Shown: positions 13,101 to 28,100 of the stretch, in pieces | How the letters are laid out: each line of letters begins with the position of its first letter | Numbering within the stretch: the stretch's first letter is position 1 | DNA from: Obrimoposthia wandeli | Lineage: Eukaryota | NCBI GenBank assembly: GCA_977020255.1 | Contig: CDROCS010000184.1 | Span: forward strand, 1-64,000 | DNA: 64,000 nt | Direction: 5' to 3' | Translations under genes and position numbers: made by a program | Notes under the pieces: generated by a model | What the model saw: the letters and a program-made list of their open reading frames with translations, nothing else | What the model was told of the DNA's origin: nothing | Databases searched by the model: none

Positions 13101-16100
13101 GAGTATTTTGAAAAGAAAGTTCAAAGGAGTCACATTTAAATCCATTGATGATTAAACTGTAAAGTGCATGCTGCCTTTGATGCTATACCTACAGATTTAA
13201 TAAAAAACATGTCAATCTATGGATAGACGTTTAAATGATTTTATTGTTCACAAAGGAAAATCTACAAAATATTGAATTAAATTTATAAATTCTTAATACC
13301 TGATTTTTTGATTACTAAGGTTATTTCATAATTTACTGATGTATATTTGTAATTAAATACATTAATATAAATTATGCGTTTTTATTGCCTAAGAATTAAT
13401 CCATAAATTATGCAATATACACAATTATAATTCTGTGTATTTACATAAGTTTAATTCATTATTATTAATTACATATATTATTAAATATACATTTTATCTA
13501 TACATATTTACTAAAGTGTTTTAAGAAATTAATAAAGTTAGAAGTAATTTTATTTATTTAAAATAAATTATGTGTTTTTTATGAGAAATACTGTATATAG
13601 ATATATAAAAAAAAGCCTTAAAAATGATCAATACATTTTTTTGTATCATAAATTTTTACAATTTCCCCATAAATTAAATCATTTTTGGTAAGTTCTTTTA
13701 AAAGAAAAGTTCATATATATGATATAGTAATTCTACTTGTTAAAATTTTAGTACATCCTTTTAAAAATATGGAAAATAGCCACAAACGGTAATTTTTAAA
13801 TTATTATTTTTTAAAAATAAATCTCTCTTGATTTTGCTTTTTAATTCACTTCTTTCAATAAATTAATTTCAAAAATATTAAATTAAAATTTTAGAAAATA
13901 TATTTTACGATAAATGTTTAGTTGCTTTTACTACTGTTTTAGCATTAACAGTAAATGTATTGTTACAGTTTCAAGACGCAACTTTTATTTTATATAATAA
14001 AATTAAGAAACTAATATAATTAAACTCGATAGGAGATTTGAAGGAAATATTTACTCAACTATTTCTCTGGAAAATGGACAAACATAATTTAATTATCAAT
14101 AAGATGATATTTTTTTAAAAACGGTTGTAACTTGTCTAAAATTAATTTAAAGGAAAAATGAATTTTTTGTAATGTAAAATAAAATAAAATATTAGATGCA
14201 AATTGCTAATTAGAAAATTTACATCTTCGACTTAGAAAGGCACCACATACATATTTATGAAAAACCTATTTTTGTACACATTGGTTAATATTTAATTTTA
14301 GACAAAAAAGATAAAATTCAAAAAATAATTTAATATATATCATGATAAAAATTTCTGTTATAATGCAATTTAATGATATAAAAATGTTTTAAAAAATACC
14401 CCAGAAAACCCAAGTTGGAAAAAAGGAATGGTACACTGACCCATGATTTCATCAATCCTAAAATATTGGGTGTTTAATATATAATTTATACAGGGTGTTC
14501 ACTAACTAACTTAACAAATTTTAGTTTAAATAATATTTTTATTATTTTGTTTTTCTACATCATTTTTAATTCAAATTTATCTTTTATTACATTTTTACAC
14601 AGATAATGCAAAGGATACAAAAAAACAATGCAAGGCTAAAAATCCTAAAAAACTTCCCACGAACCATTGTGTAAGTAATTAAAAGTGTGATTACATTACT
14701 AAACTTATATTTTTCCCTTAACGAAAGAGAATATTTCTAGTCTAAATTTGTTAACTTATTACAATAGTTTTTTAAAACTCTTCAGAAAACACATTTTTAT
14801 ACGTAAAATAACAACTTAACCATCTGTAAGTAACGAGTAATTTGGATCTGCAGTAAGATGAAAATGGTGTCTTATTCAAATGTTTGACAAAAATGGAAAG
14901 TGTATGGTTGGGTTTGTCTTTTTGTTACACTTTAATTGGTGTAATATTGGAGTTTACAGTGCATGTTAGTGTTGAAAATCGTCATTTTACTCATAAAATC
15001 ATAATTAAATTTTCGTTTGGATAAAATGGGACATTAAAATTCTATACAATTTTTATAATGTTTCGTGGATTTAAAAAAAACAACTGTATGATTGTATTTT
15101 GAGTGAAAAAAAATATTTTAGAGCCTCATTCTTACTTTGGAGACTCATTTTCATTGTTCTGAGGAGATACGATGGACTGGGCGGCCTCAGTTTTGATATC
15201 GACGTTGCTCAGCTTGAAGTTGTTCATGGGATATTTTCTTGGTCGACCTCTTTTGTTCTAAAACATGATAGCTGTACGGTTTATACAATATTTACCAGTA
15301 CTTATTTGGATCGTTTCTACCTTTTATTAACATTTCTATAAACAACATAATATGTTAATAACTTTGAACTTTATACCAAAAACATGGTACATAAGGTAAA
15401 AAAAAGAAAATTAAAGATTAGAAAAACGTACATGTCATTTAACTCTTTGAGGCATGATGGTGTAAATTTCTACAACTTATTCAGAACTATTTTTCTATTA
15501 TGTCTCCATGCACAAAATAAAAGTTTCTAATAAATACATATTTATTGTTGTTTAAACTAACTAAAAATGCGGTTGCATTTTCAAATTCAGTTATAAACGC
15601 TATTTCTAAAAATTTCAAAGTTATGATTTTTTATATTTTACATATTTTAGCATAATTTTAAACTAAAGATTAGAGAAAAATATATTATGAACATCTATTT
15701 TTATAATTCAATACATATACAATGTCATTATCAGTAAATAATAATAAAGTAGATATGTAGACAGCCATTCAAATTTGGTGGTAAACATTTATATCAGCAT
15801 GCCTTTATAGGAATAAAAATTGATAAAAAAATTCACAACTTTTCTAATCTGTGATTGTAGAACATATGAATTATTACCAACAGTTTAAATATCATTATTT
15901 TGTAATGTTTAGAGTACATTATGGAATGTATAATGCTTAAAAAAATAATATCTCTGTTCAGGAATATTCAATCTCAAATGGAAAGAACATTTATTAGGAC
16001 AAGGAGAAGAGAAACTGAAATAGCAACGGGTCTTCTATATTAAGACAATTCGGATGATGAAGTTAGGGAGCTGAATGAAGAAGATGTAGGGTTTATTTTG

Positions 16101-19100
16101 GAGGACTTTGAACAAAGTGTTGATGAAGTTATCATCGAAGATAGTGCTATGGCTGAACTCGAATATGAGATTAGTTAGGAACATATGACATGGATGGATT
16201 TTAGGCTGATAGTAATTCGTATATGCATTGGGAATTTTTGTTCCAGAAATATAGAGTTTTGTGGAAAAGTGCAGAAGAAGCGTAAACTTGTAGCTGTAAA
16301 CTTCTTTTCATTTGCCAGTATACATGACAACCCATAAAAGGTGTTTCGTCTGCTCAACTGCTATTAATGATTGTAGGAGTGAAGTGAAGTGCCAGACTTG
16401 CGACAGACATTTATATTTGAACACAACGCGACACGTTTGTATGCTTATCATTCAAATTTGTGAAATTTGGAATAGCACAATGTATCAAACAAAACCTTCC
16501 CACCCACAAGAACAATTATGTTCTATACGTACTTTGTTTTAAGTTGTTATATGCAATTTTTGTGTTCATTTTGTGTATTACAATTTTAATATATACATAT
16601 GTAGTATGTAATACGTAATATGTGTACACGTGCAATATAATTTTTGTATGGAAACGTTTACCCCCTAAACGCACGATAGTGTAAATTTCTACCATAGCAT
16701 AAACGTCACGTGACCCAACGAAAAACTCCATAATTTTAAATATGATTTAATTTTAATATACGAAAGTAAAATTAGTATGAAAATGAATAATATTATAGCC
16801 CAGTTCCATATCACTCTCAAAGGGTTAAGCCAGTCTAAAGTAGGGAGAGTTTATTGGTTCTTGAAATCTTATTATTTGTTTTTTGAATTGAAAACACGCT
16901 TTAAAACAGGTCCTTGATTTAATCATAAAATATCATCACAATAACCTTCAGCTTCTTATTTTGGTTTTTATTTGTTTAAATAATATTTAAATAAATTTTT
17001 ATAATGCTAGTGCAAATACAATCTTTTTTTACTCAAAGCTACAAAAGAGTAACTGAATTATATATGAAAAAAATCTTACTTTAAATTTCCACTGATTTAA
17101 TTCAGAAATTCAAAATCAATAAAGAATTTAGGAGTTTAACAGTTTTGGTGTAAAAATTGAATTTTTTACATCCACGTCAGATAATTGTTAACAATTTTAC
17201 AATTCTTTGATTGTACATGATTTAATACATAGATATTTTTAAAAAGTATTCATAAATTGTTAGTAGAGAATCTATATAATGTCAGCTTTGCGATCAAATA
17301 TCCAATAAAATAAATTGTTAGTATTATGTTTGTTAACAATGACAATAATGGAATAGGCTGTTAATTTAAGTGTACCAGGCAAAGCAAAGTTTGTTGATAT
17401 CTCAATAAATGGTTAAATGATAAATATTTTATTGTGATTATATATTCTTCAGTCTATTAATGTAGAAATTTAGCAAAAATGATTTCCATCTATTTAGAAT
17501 TAAAAAGTGTTTATTTAAAATTTAAGATAATTTGAGAATACATTTTTTAAATGTAGGTAGATAATTTCCAAACAGATTCATTTTTCAAGTTACACTGTGA
17601 TTTAAAGTAAAAACTAAAAATAATAACCCTTTTGTAATTCTCCATTACAAATTCATTAAAATTGAAAAATAATATTTAAAATAAACTTTTACTGAATTTG
17701 TTATACAAGTTTTCTGTTAATAAAACATTTTTGGAGACAGGTAATCATAGTATCTGTGTGAATTAAATATTCTTATCCTATAAAATCAATATCAGTGAAT
17801 TTAAGCATTATCATTAAAGTACGTTTCCCTGTAATTGTCAATAGTTAGAAATTCGCATCGGTTCACTTGTGTAAAATTTCTAAATTTGCATCAAACAGAT
17901 TTGTAGTTGAAATAAATTTAGATTGTCAGATTATCGCAGCCATTAATAACATTTCTCAATAAAACGTTTTTATTATGTATGCGTCTGTCAAAACAAATTT
18001 CAATTAAATTTGTGATTTTCAGTTGAGAACGCTGTATTGAGACAGTTCCCACCTTCTTGCGCTCAGTGCTGTTTCCGGTGATCAGGAAGGCCGAAGAGCC
18101 AGATAGGGAGGATCCATAGTTGCGCTCGATGGGACTGCTGTTCTTGATTGTCTCTGGTGTGGAGCAAGTGCTTTGTCTGAATGAGTACTTCTCTTCACTG
18201 GTGCTGTCTGTCAGAGACGTCCATGCTGACTCTGTCTGCATAAATTTAGCTAACCTTCAAAACCTTAGTTTTGTCATAAAATAAAACGTCCTTCAGTCTT
18301 AATGTCACATTTTGTAATAAAATAATATCTCTTTATATGCACACTTTGGGGAATAATACATTAAAGAAAAACGAAGCAAAATTACGTATCTATTAAAATT
18401 TCAGTTATTTTTATTTTTTGTTTCGAACTTTGGTGTTAAAATCAGTTTTAGTGATGATGAAGCGAAGCGTTGTTGGGCATATTTTACTTAAATTTCCAAA
18501 TTTATAATAAAAATAAAATTTATATTTTTAACTTGTAAATTATAATTGTAATCCACACGTTTAAAAAATTCAAATAAACTGTACTTCAATTAAATATAAT
18601 TAGCAATAATCAAAGAGTAAACAAAAACTATTTCTATTTAGAAAGAGGAAATGCTCATTTACAAATTCAAAAAAAGATTGAAATTCTCTCTACCTCCAAA
18701 AGCCGCCGAACGAAATGACAGTTGCTTAACTTAGTAGATCCCACACAAATACTCAGAGAAAACACACGCACAAATACTAAGGGATTTCGGAAAATGAGGG
18801 AGCAAGTTACAGCACGGTCCCTTGTAGCTAAACCAATGATAATTAAACTAATCAAATAAGTGTATACATAGTATAAATGAAGACACAACTACAGAGACTC
18901 AAACGTAAAGCAGTTCGCTTATTGACCTACTTTCTCCGGCCAGATGAAGGGGGTAACATTAAATTATTTACTTTTTCAACAGCGTTAGCAGTCAGGCACG
19001 ATAACAATAAAACCTGGAGGCCTTCAAACCGACTTTTGCGATGCTGTTAAATGAAATAGCTAATTCTCAATATTCCACCACACACTCACACACACATACA

Positions 19101-22100
19101 CTAGTGGGAAAATGAACTTAATTTCATTAATTATTAACTTGAAACAAAGATTTATCAAATATTGCTTGACTAGTAACCTAAATAAATGTCATCTGCAATT
19201 AATAATTATTTTTCGTCGATAAACATCGCAGCAGATTTGTTAATTTTCATATTTGTTTTTAAATAGTTATTTGAAAAATTTCTATTATTTACTTTTTATA
19301 CACTAAGCCTAATTTGTTAAATTTAAAAATCAATAAAATAAATCTGAGTACTTTTTAGAATATTATGATAACCTGTATTTTGATGGCGATAATATTTTAT
19401 ATAATTAATTTGCAAATTTTTCTTTTCTTCTACAAATAATGAAATTTTGTAAAACTGTATTTAAAGTATTTTCAACGCGTCCATGTTCATTTACTGTACT
19501 GATTTTGTTAAGACAAGCGATAAATTTGGCCAGCCGTGCTCTCAAACCCAACAAAAGATATTAGCTGTCTAAAATATCGATTAAAATTATACACCAGAAA
19601 ACGCTGTATTTAAAATAAGTTTAAAAAACCAATATTATATATAGATGAATATATAAATTAAAAAAAGAATATAGGAAGATTATAAATCTATCTAATTAAC
19701 ATTATATGCATGAGTATATGATTGAGTAAAATTTCGCTTAGGTTTCGAATTATTTATATAAAAGTTTACTTATTAACGTTATTATTATTAATTTAAAACA
19801 TTTTTGAATGTCGTTGCAGTGTATAAAAACTATTATTATCTAATATGATAAGTTTCACCCTTAAAATGTTGATATAGCATAACTGCTTTTATTGATTTAA
19901 TGATTTAATCGGATTTTTTAAAAAAGCCCTTAAAGGAATTTATAAATTTTATATTCTTACTTTTTGTAATTTCAAATAAAAATTATTTTAATTTAACTGA
20001 AATGTTGAAGAAACAATAACAGTATGTTACTATTTCTGCTTTTTTATGTTTTAACTTTATCAGATCCTTTTGAAAATTTACCAAATATAACGAATAGCCT
20101 TCATATAAATAATTTTAGCAAAACACGATATTTAATACTTTATGAATTATGTCAACCATATATTATAACCTTGATGTGACAGCAGAAAATAGTTTTGAAA
20201 TCAGCACATAAAATGCTTATAGAATATATTTTAAAAAATTTAAAACAAAATCATTATAGTAGATTTATTAAAACAAAATATGAAATGAAATTTAAATCAC
20301 ACATCGCAACGTGAAAATAAGATTATTAGAGATAGGTTAGCGTCCTGATTACAAAAAAATCGATTATGATATTTTGTCAAAAATGCATTTTTAATATTTT
20401 TAACCTTATTTAATTTAATTATCATTGTAATTTGTAAAATCTATACAGTAGAGATGGATATATATCGAATAAATTATTAAGGAAAATGATATAACAGATA
20501 CCGATTATGAATCAATATTTTATGTATAAAAATGGGTTTTCTGACCATGTCAATATATCTTAATCCAGACGAGATGGAAATTTTAAATAAAATTTTCGTA
20601 ATAAGCTAACATATTGAGACTAATAGGCTAATTGGTTAAACGAAAAATAAAAGTCATTATTAGTAAGCAATGTGATTAAAAGTTATTGTATTGTGTAATT
20701 ATTTATTAAAATATATTCATTTATCGATCAAATTTCTTGATATTAATTTCGGCAGGGTACCAGTCATCACTAATGAACCAATCTGAATTATTTATGCAAT
20801 ATACTTGAACTCTTTGCAAGGAAATAATTATGAAAATTATAAAAAAATAGTTGTAAACAAAAATTTTAAATTAAAGTTTAAGTTTATATTGTAATATGTT
20901 TAGGATAATTTTTAACTTTATTTTATGTGTATTTAAAAAATGAATAAATGAATAATGTTAATTATTGATCAATAACAAAATCTATCAAAATGCACAATTG
21001 TGCTATAAAATCAAGTTATATTTGGTTTTGATTTTGCTAATATAATAATTTTAGTATTTAAAATGACTAGTTATTTGTTGTTAGTATAAACAATTACTTT
21101 TTAAAATATATTATAAATATTGAAAATCCACAGTAAAAAACAATTAAAAATGAAAACAAAGAATAAAAAAATATAATTCGACAATTTTGATGATATTTTA
21201 CAACCCAATAATGCAACATATTAATACTTTGTAATTCTTCTTTTGGTTATTATTAAATCGTTGATTATTTTTAGCATACTACTGAAAACATTTGATAAAT
21301 AATTTGCATCTATTTTATTAAATTATTAGTAGAAAATTTGCTTCAGATCTGATATTGTTGTTGGATTACGATCTTTAATGTGTTATGAAGGTCAAAAATC
21401 AAATGTTACAATACTGCGTTGATGCATACAAATTCTCGTTTCTCTCGACTCGTGACTGAACATCGCAGTAGTTTTAGCTATTCATGTTGTTTTCAATATG
21501 CCGTCCCAAAACATGAACCCCATTTGTCGCTATATGTATATTTTTCAACTATCTTTTGTGGAAAGCCCTACCTTTGGGCCTTTTAGCTATTATTATATAG
21601 GAAGAAGACAGTATTATCACACACCATCACAGGAAATGACATATTTCAACTTGACAATGTTCTATTTTGTAAACTTTCGTGCGAAATCTAATCTCTTTAT
21701 TATTTCTATTTTTCCTGACAATTCTATTAAATGTTCCATTATTTTGTAGAATTCTATTCAGAGTTTACTTTGGTATTTCAGATTTAAATCTTTAGTATTT
21801 TTTCGGTTAATCTTTTCAAATGCAAGTATTCGGCGCTATTTCTCGGTATTTTTAAACATGGCCCATAAATTATTATAAGTATCGTGTTTCTGGATTTTTT
21901 AATACATACTACTAGTCACTGTTTTCGACACTAATGTTGATATTTTTATCTTGTTTACATAATAACTGTTTTAATTATTATTTAGTATCAGTTTGTTGAA
22001 GCGCATTGCTAGACAATTTAAAAAGTTTTTAGAACTGTTTAATAAAATTTCTTAATTTAATATATTTTACCTTGTGTAAAGGTAAACATAAGAAAAAACA

Positions 22101-25100
22101 ATAAAACAACTTAATTTATTAACATTTACCTTTTTCTAATACAGTACACAACCCAATGCTTTTGAATGCTTTCTCTTTAATTTCTATTCATATTGTCGAC
22201 CACCATTTTAATTTTATTGACTCATAGATCTCTTTTTATGAATTGTAAACAATCGTAAACTCGATCTGAAATCATTTTCCCGATATCTTCAGCCAACTTG
22301 GAGGGAGGATATAAAGATTGCCACATAAGAGTTTAAACGTTTGATGTTCTGAAAAAATAGTTTACTAAATGAGCAGTGTGGACTGCAGCATTGTCCTGTT
22401 GATAATGGAAATTGTTGTATAAATTTATTTTCATATATGGTACTGCACAGGTCTTGTGAACATTCAATCAGACTTCCCCGAAAAGATTTTAAAATTTATG
22501 AGGCCACTTGGAAGAACCATCGACCAAACCATCACACCACCTGCTCCGGCAACTCGACTTTGTCGACTATAATAAAGAAATTATTTATCGTATGTGCACC
22601 AACTTTCCGGCGCATCTTCTCATCAGTTCTCAACACTAAAACAGTTTCATTTCAAGGATGAGATTCCCTTAAAAAAAATCGTACAAACAAAACCCCATCG
22701 ATTCAGTGAAAGCTTGAAATAAATAAATTTAAAGTACTCTGCCATCTTTAAGAGCTAATTTATTGTCATTTGAAACCCATTAAGAAAACAGTCTCTCAAT
22801 AATTTAGTTGAATTCCCATTTTTCTAGTTTTGAACGTAACTCGTATTTCGATCATTTTATTCTTAAATACAAACTTTTGTCAATTAAAAATTTCCTACAG
22901 CACTTCTTAGAATAAACCTGATAGTCTTTCAATTTGAACGTGTGATTTACATTAATTTTTCCATCCTTTACTAAATTTTCGTTCGGTTCACTTCTCATTA
23001 TCTAAGCTTTTCAGCACAAATAAGTTCATCGATAACAAAACTCTCAGATTTTGCAAATTTGTGAAAAATAGTGATAAATAAATTAATTCAAAAATAATCG
23101 AAAACAGTATATTTTTATATAAATGTTACAATTAAAATCCATTGAATATTGTCTATTATAAAACTATTATGGAGTGGTAAAATTAGTGATGATCACTATA
23201 CATGCCTGAGATACCTTCAAATTCCTGCAATCCTTGCTTATGTGAATCTCTGTTTGTGTAGTTTAGGTCACTTCTCATAATTCTGTTGTCAATATTTTTT
23301 TTATTTAATTTTCAAATATTTTAATTTTACATATAATTAACAAAACTTATTTTTAAAATTTTTGATTTATTTTGTATCATCAACATTTTAAGATATACTC
23401 TAACCTTTTAAATAATTAATATATATATATATATATATAAGTTAAAATTATTTCTTTAAATGGTTATTTATACTATTAATGTGAAATTAATAGAAAGTAT
23501 AGTAAATTATAACACTTAGAATTATACTTGTTATTGCACCACTCTGCATAAATCTACTGGTGTATGTAACTCTGTGGCGATATATTCTCTCGCGTATTTA
23601 TAAAAATACAGATTTATCAAAAGATCTGCTAAAAGACGATGAAGTAAGATTCACTATTTTACTAAAATATCTCATTAAAATGTGATTAGAATATAGCGAG
23701 TTACTGTTGCCTCATATATTTATTATTTATGTGATAGCAATTAGAAAAAACAAATTAGTATTTTCACACCCTATGTTATGAAGATATTCCAAACACATCG
23801 CCGATTTTTTACAGCTAAAACATCATATGCTGGATGCTGGTCAGATGTGGGATGTCTGGGATTGAAAACTATGTAAATGTATGTGGCTATGGGAGTTAAT
23901 TGTAAAAGACAAGACGACGTTTTTCTCGTTTGAATGTTTTGCAATTGATGCAACAGTCAAGAACCGTTTAAAATTTAAAATAGCAACTCCCAAGTATCCC
24001 AAGAATATATTTTTAAAGTTCCTATTTTTAAACATTTCAAAATTCAATGAACATTTTTATTTTTACGAAATATCCCAATAAATCACTTCTATATATTACA
24101 ACTTATCAGAAACAATGTTAACATATTAGCTACTCACAAAAATGAAATAATATCATTTCTATTTTAAAAATTGCTTTATTAAATTATCTTACTAACAAAG
24201 ATGATTTAAAATATATAAGTAAATAATAAAATCTGGTAAATATCTGTGATTTCTATATTTGATAAGTACGGGTTGTATTTTATCTTCTGAATTATGATTA
24301 TTAATCTGAATCAAATAAAAGATGTGGAAAAAGGTTGTAACAGCGAAAAAAGAAGAAATATACGAAATTTTCAAAAAGTAATCTAATAATAGTAATAATA
24401 GTATCATTTTAAAAAGATGATAAAATATTTCATCTATACAAAAATATAAAAAACAAATACAAAAATATAAGTCAGATAAAAGAATAATAAATACATTTAT
24501 GGTTTATTCAACAAAAAGAAAACTAAATTTCCATTAATCTATTTAATTTTTTTTTCATATGTTCTCTAAAAATAATGAAATGAAATTTAATATGCAAACT
24601 TTTCTCACGTTTATTTCGTGAAATATTTCTAATTAAGAGACAATTGTTATGCTAAAATAAAACAGATACGCTTTAAGAGATGTAAACGCTATTCTGTGAC
24701 ATTCTCAATACTTTAAAGAAAATTAGGCAATGAACAATTTTTACCGGAAGATATTATGAACAAAAATAATTAATTAAGTGTAATTAATTCCCAAATTCAT
24801 TAAAATGACAAGAAGATCAACATTTATGTAAACTTCAGAATTAACAAACAGGAAAGGAAATCTTCTCAGCTGATAATCACAGATTGATTTGAAATATATA
24901 CGATATAAAAAGTTTTTTTTGGCACTCTTAAATGAAAGTTCATTTTAAGTTATTGGGTAGATTTTTCCTGCATGTTATTTAAATCAAGTTACAAAAACCT
25001 AGTCTAAACATTTTTTAAATATATAAAAATATTTGTAATTTTTAACATTTTTATAAATTATGATTCTGCAAGAACTATAATGAAATTTAAAATATTCTTG

Positions 25101-28100
25101 ATGTTTCATTTTTTAAGATAGTTATGAAAAACATTTTCAAATATAACTAGTAAAAAAATTCTAATTTATTTTATTGCAATTAAATAAATTTAGTTTGTTA
25201 TCTCAGTTACATCAGGTTTTCAAGTTTTCAAGCTATACATTTATAATTCATCACATTTTAGTGCAATTGTTCAGTTAAAAAGTTGATCGTACTACTGTTC
25301 AAAATGTATTTCAAGCTAAACTACGATCAAAAGGTCAATGTGGAGCAATAGTATCGAGAGTTCTTCCTTATCTTTATTCAGAAAGTATAGAAAGTGTAGG
25401 AAAACATATCTATGCTGACATTTTGACGATAGCTATTGATGAAATTGAAGAGGAGTACTTGGAATGATAAATGTTCCATGAACCAGTTTATGATCAAAAT
25501 TGGGGAATTTCTATATTAAAAAATAAAGCAATAGAAAATGATTTGAGGACGTACTACGAACAGTTCATTTCATTGAATAAAATATATCTAAAGTATGATT
25601 ACAAACAGATAAATTTGCGATGTTCTGTTAAATATGAAAATAATTTTGAAATTAAAGAAACTATGCTACAATGGCCACAATTGAACAAATGTATCTTGCT
25701 ATTGTACAAAATATGACTAATGAATTTGTGAATATATATATATATATATATATATATAGTAATTTATAGAAAAGGGTCTACACAGAGATGTGGAACATTA
25801 GAAAATTTAGCAAATCTCTGTCACATGCCTATAAGATCTCAAATTATATATATAAATAAATGTAATGTCAACATAATTTACTTGACAGACATTTACGACT
25901 TATAATGAACAATTCTTTTCTGATAGATTCTATTTCACCAAATATGAACTCTTCGTTTATAGATGAGCCTATGAGTAATTACAAAAAACTTCAAATAAGT
26001 TATCAGAAATGTAAATGTAAAAAATTGGAGAGATGATATGAAGTTCTTATACATTCTTATAGCCTGCAATTGATTGGAAAAAGCTTCCACCCATTCCTCA
26101 AGTACGGTGGAATTCAAAAGCTATTTTTACAAAGTTTTAATAGAATCCTGGCGATTAAAATTACAACCAATTTGCAGAATAATACGTAGGCCTTGGTAAA
26201 TTAAGGGTTTAATGATAAAAAATTCAACCAGACTCAGATAAAGAATTTATTAATTGTTTAGGGTCTTTTAGAATGAAAAAAACAATATCTAAATAAACGT
26301 TGGCAATCATTAGCTTCTCCTATCGATATTCTCAGAAGTAATCAAATACCAGAAAGGTCAATAAAAGATGTGAAAGAATTCATGTCAAATGATGTCACTG
26401 ACAAATATCTTTCAAATGGATTTTTTACGTCTAAATTGATCTGTATAGTTAATTGCTGGATATATATATTATACATTATATCACAATGTACTGTATTATC
26501 GTTTATATGTTTCTGGATGACGCTTGTTAATTAAATTTGATTATTTTTATAACTTATTAAGAGTTAAATTTCATTTATCTACCAAACAACTATTGTAAAA
26601 TTCGAAAAAAATCCTTCTTAGTCATAAGTCAAAATTGATAACAAAGAAAAACGAAATAGAACTACCACTAAATTAACCATTACTAACAGAAAGTTCTTTA
26701 TGTAAAACCAAGACATTTAAAACGAAGAATTCATGACAAAAAATAATGAATATCACTACTTTATTATGCAAAGATATAACAAAACGTAACATAAATAAAT
26801 AAAGTAAAAATCTAAATATCAACAAACTATATCTTTTATTTGAGTTTTTCTTTTATAAAACATTGGGAATTATTGCTAGTCGAATTATTTTTTGGCAAAT
26901 AATAAAGTTGTTTATTTGACTAACTACTGAGTTAATCTCAAAGTAAATGAGACCATGGATACAATTTTTATAAACATTTGTAAAATATATTACTATTAGA
27001 AGACTATTGAGATCAGTAAAAGTAAGATCTGATGATAATCTTGAGGCTCTTAATTTCTATAGTATTCCAGGTCTTAGTTGGTGTAGTGCAGTTAAATCTT
27101 TAACGCATAAAGTAGAACTAATACATGATCCAGAAATGTATAATCTTTTTGAAGCCGGTATTAGAGGTATAACTTTGGTCAATAAACATTATTGTTAAAC
27201 CGATGATAGTACATCTCTTCTCTAAATAGATGTAAATAATTTATACGGTTGGGCTTTAAGTCAACCTTTACCACATATGGATTTTAAGTGGGTGTATGAT
27301 AATTTTGATGATATTTTAAATTTAGTTGGAAGCAATAAGGATTTGAGTAAAAACTTATGGGGTTGTCTTGTTGAAATAGATTTACATATACCGGATCGTA
27401 TACATAATAAAGTTGATGATTTACCTTTTGGACCACATAAAATGTGTCCACCAAACTTAAAAACTCCTAAATAACAAATAACGACGTTCAGAAATACAAT
27501 CAAAAGATTGCTGGAAGATCGCTGGAAGGATTGACACCATCCAGGACAGTAAAAAAAGTTAGTTTATAGCCATTGAGGGACTAATTAATAATTGTACATG
27601 ACCGTAAGGATTTATTGATCTATCAGTAGCGGTACACCACAATGTGGGATTGTGTGCTGCTGATTGTGAGATAGGTGATATAAAACACATTTTGGATAAA
27701 GTTAATTATAAAAATATTGTGATTATATGTTTTAATTAAATTGAATAAAGGTGTTATTTTCAGAAAAAAGTTATGTTTTGCCAACTACTATCTAGCGATA
27801 AGCACTAAAGAGACTGAAAGGATGAGTTTAATTATTACAAAAGAGTGCCTTTAATTTTATCCATAACATTTTGGCTACTTCGAACCCTGTGTGTTTTGCG
27901 CTATTTGGGTTTCGTTTGACGACAAACCCAGACCCAGGAAAAATTATTTTGTCAACTGGGGTTGGTCGATCTAGTTACAATATAGTAAAAGCATCTGGTT
28001 TAGCTGGGCCCAGTTGACTAATTGAAAGTTGATCTGATGCAGTGACTGAATCGCCAGAATTGGGAAAAGGCAAGTTCAGTATCTGATATGCGTCGATTTC

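Noticed and set aside
14491-14520. CAGGGTG mariner-type end
   Set aside because: No partner TIR or transposase nearby.
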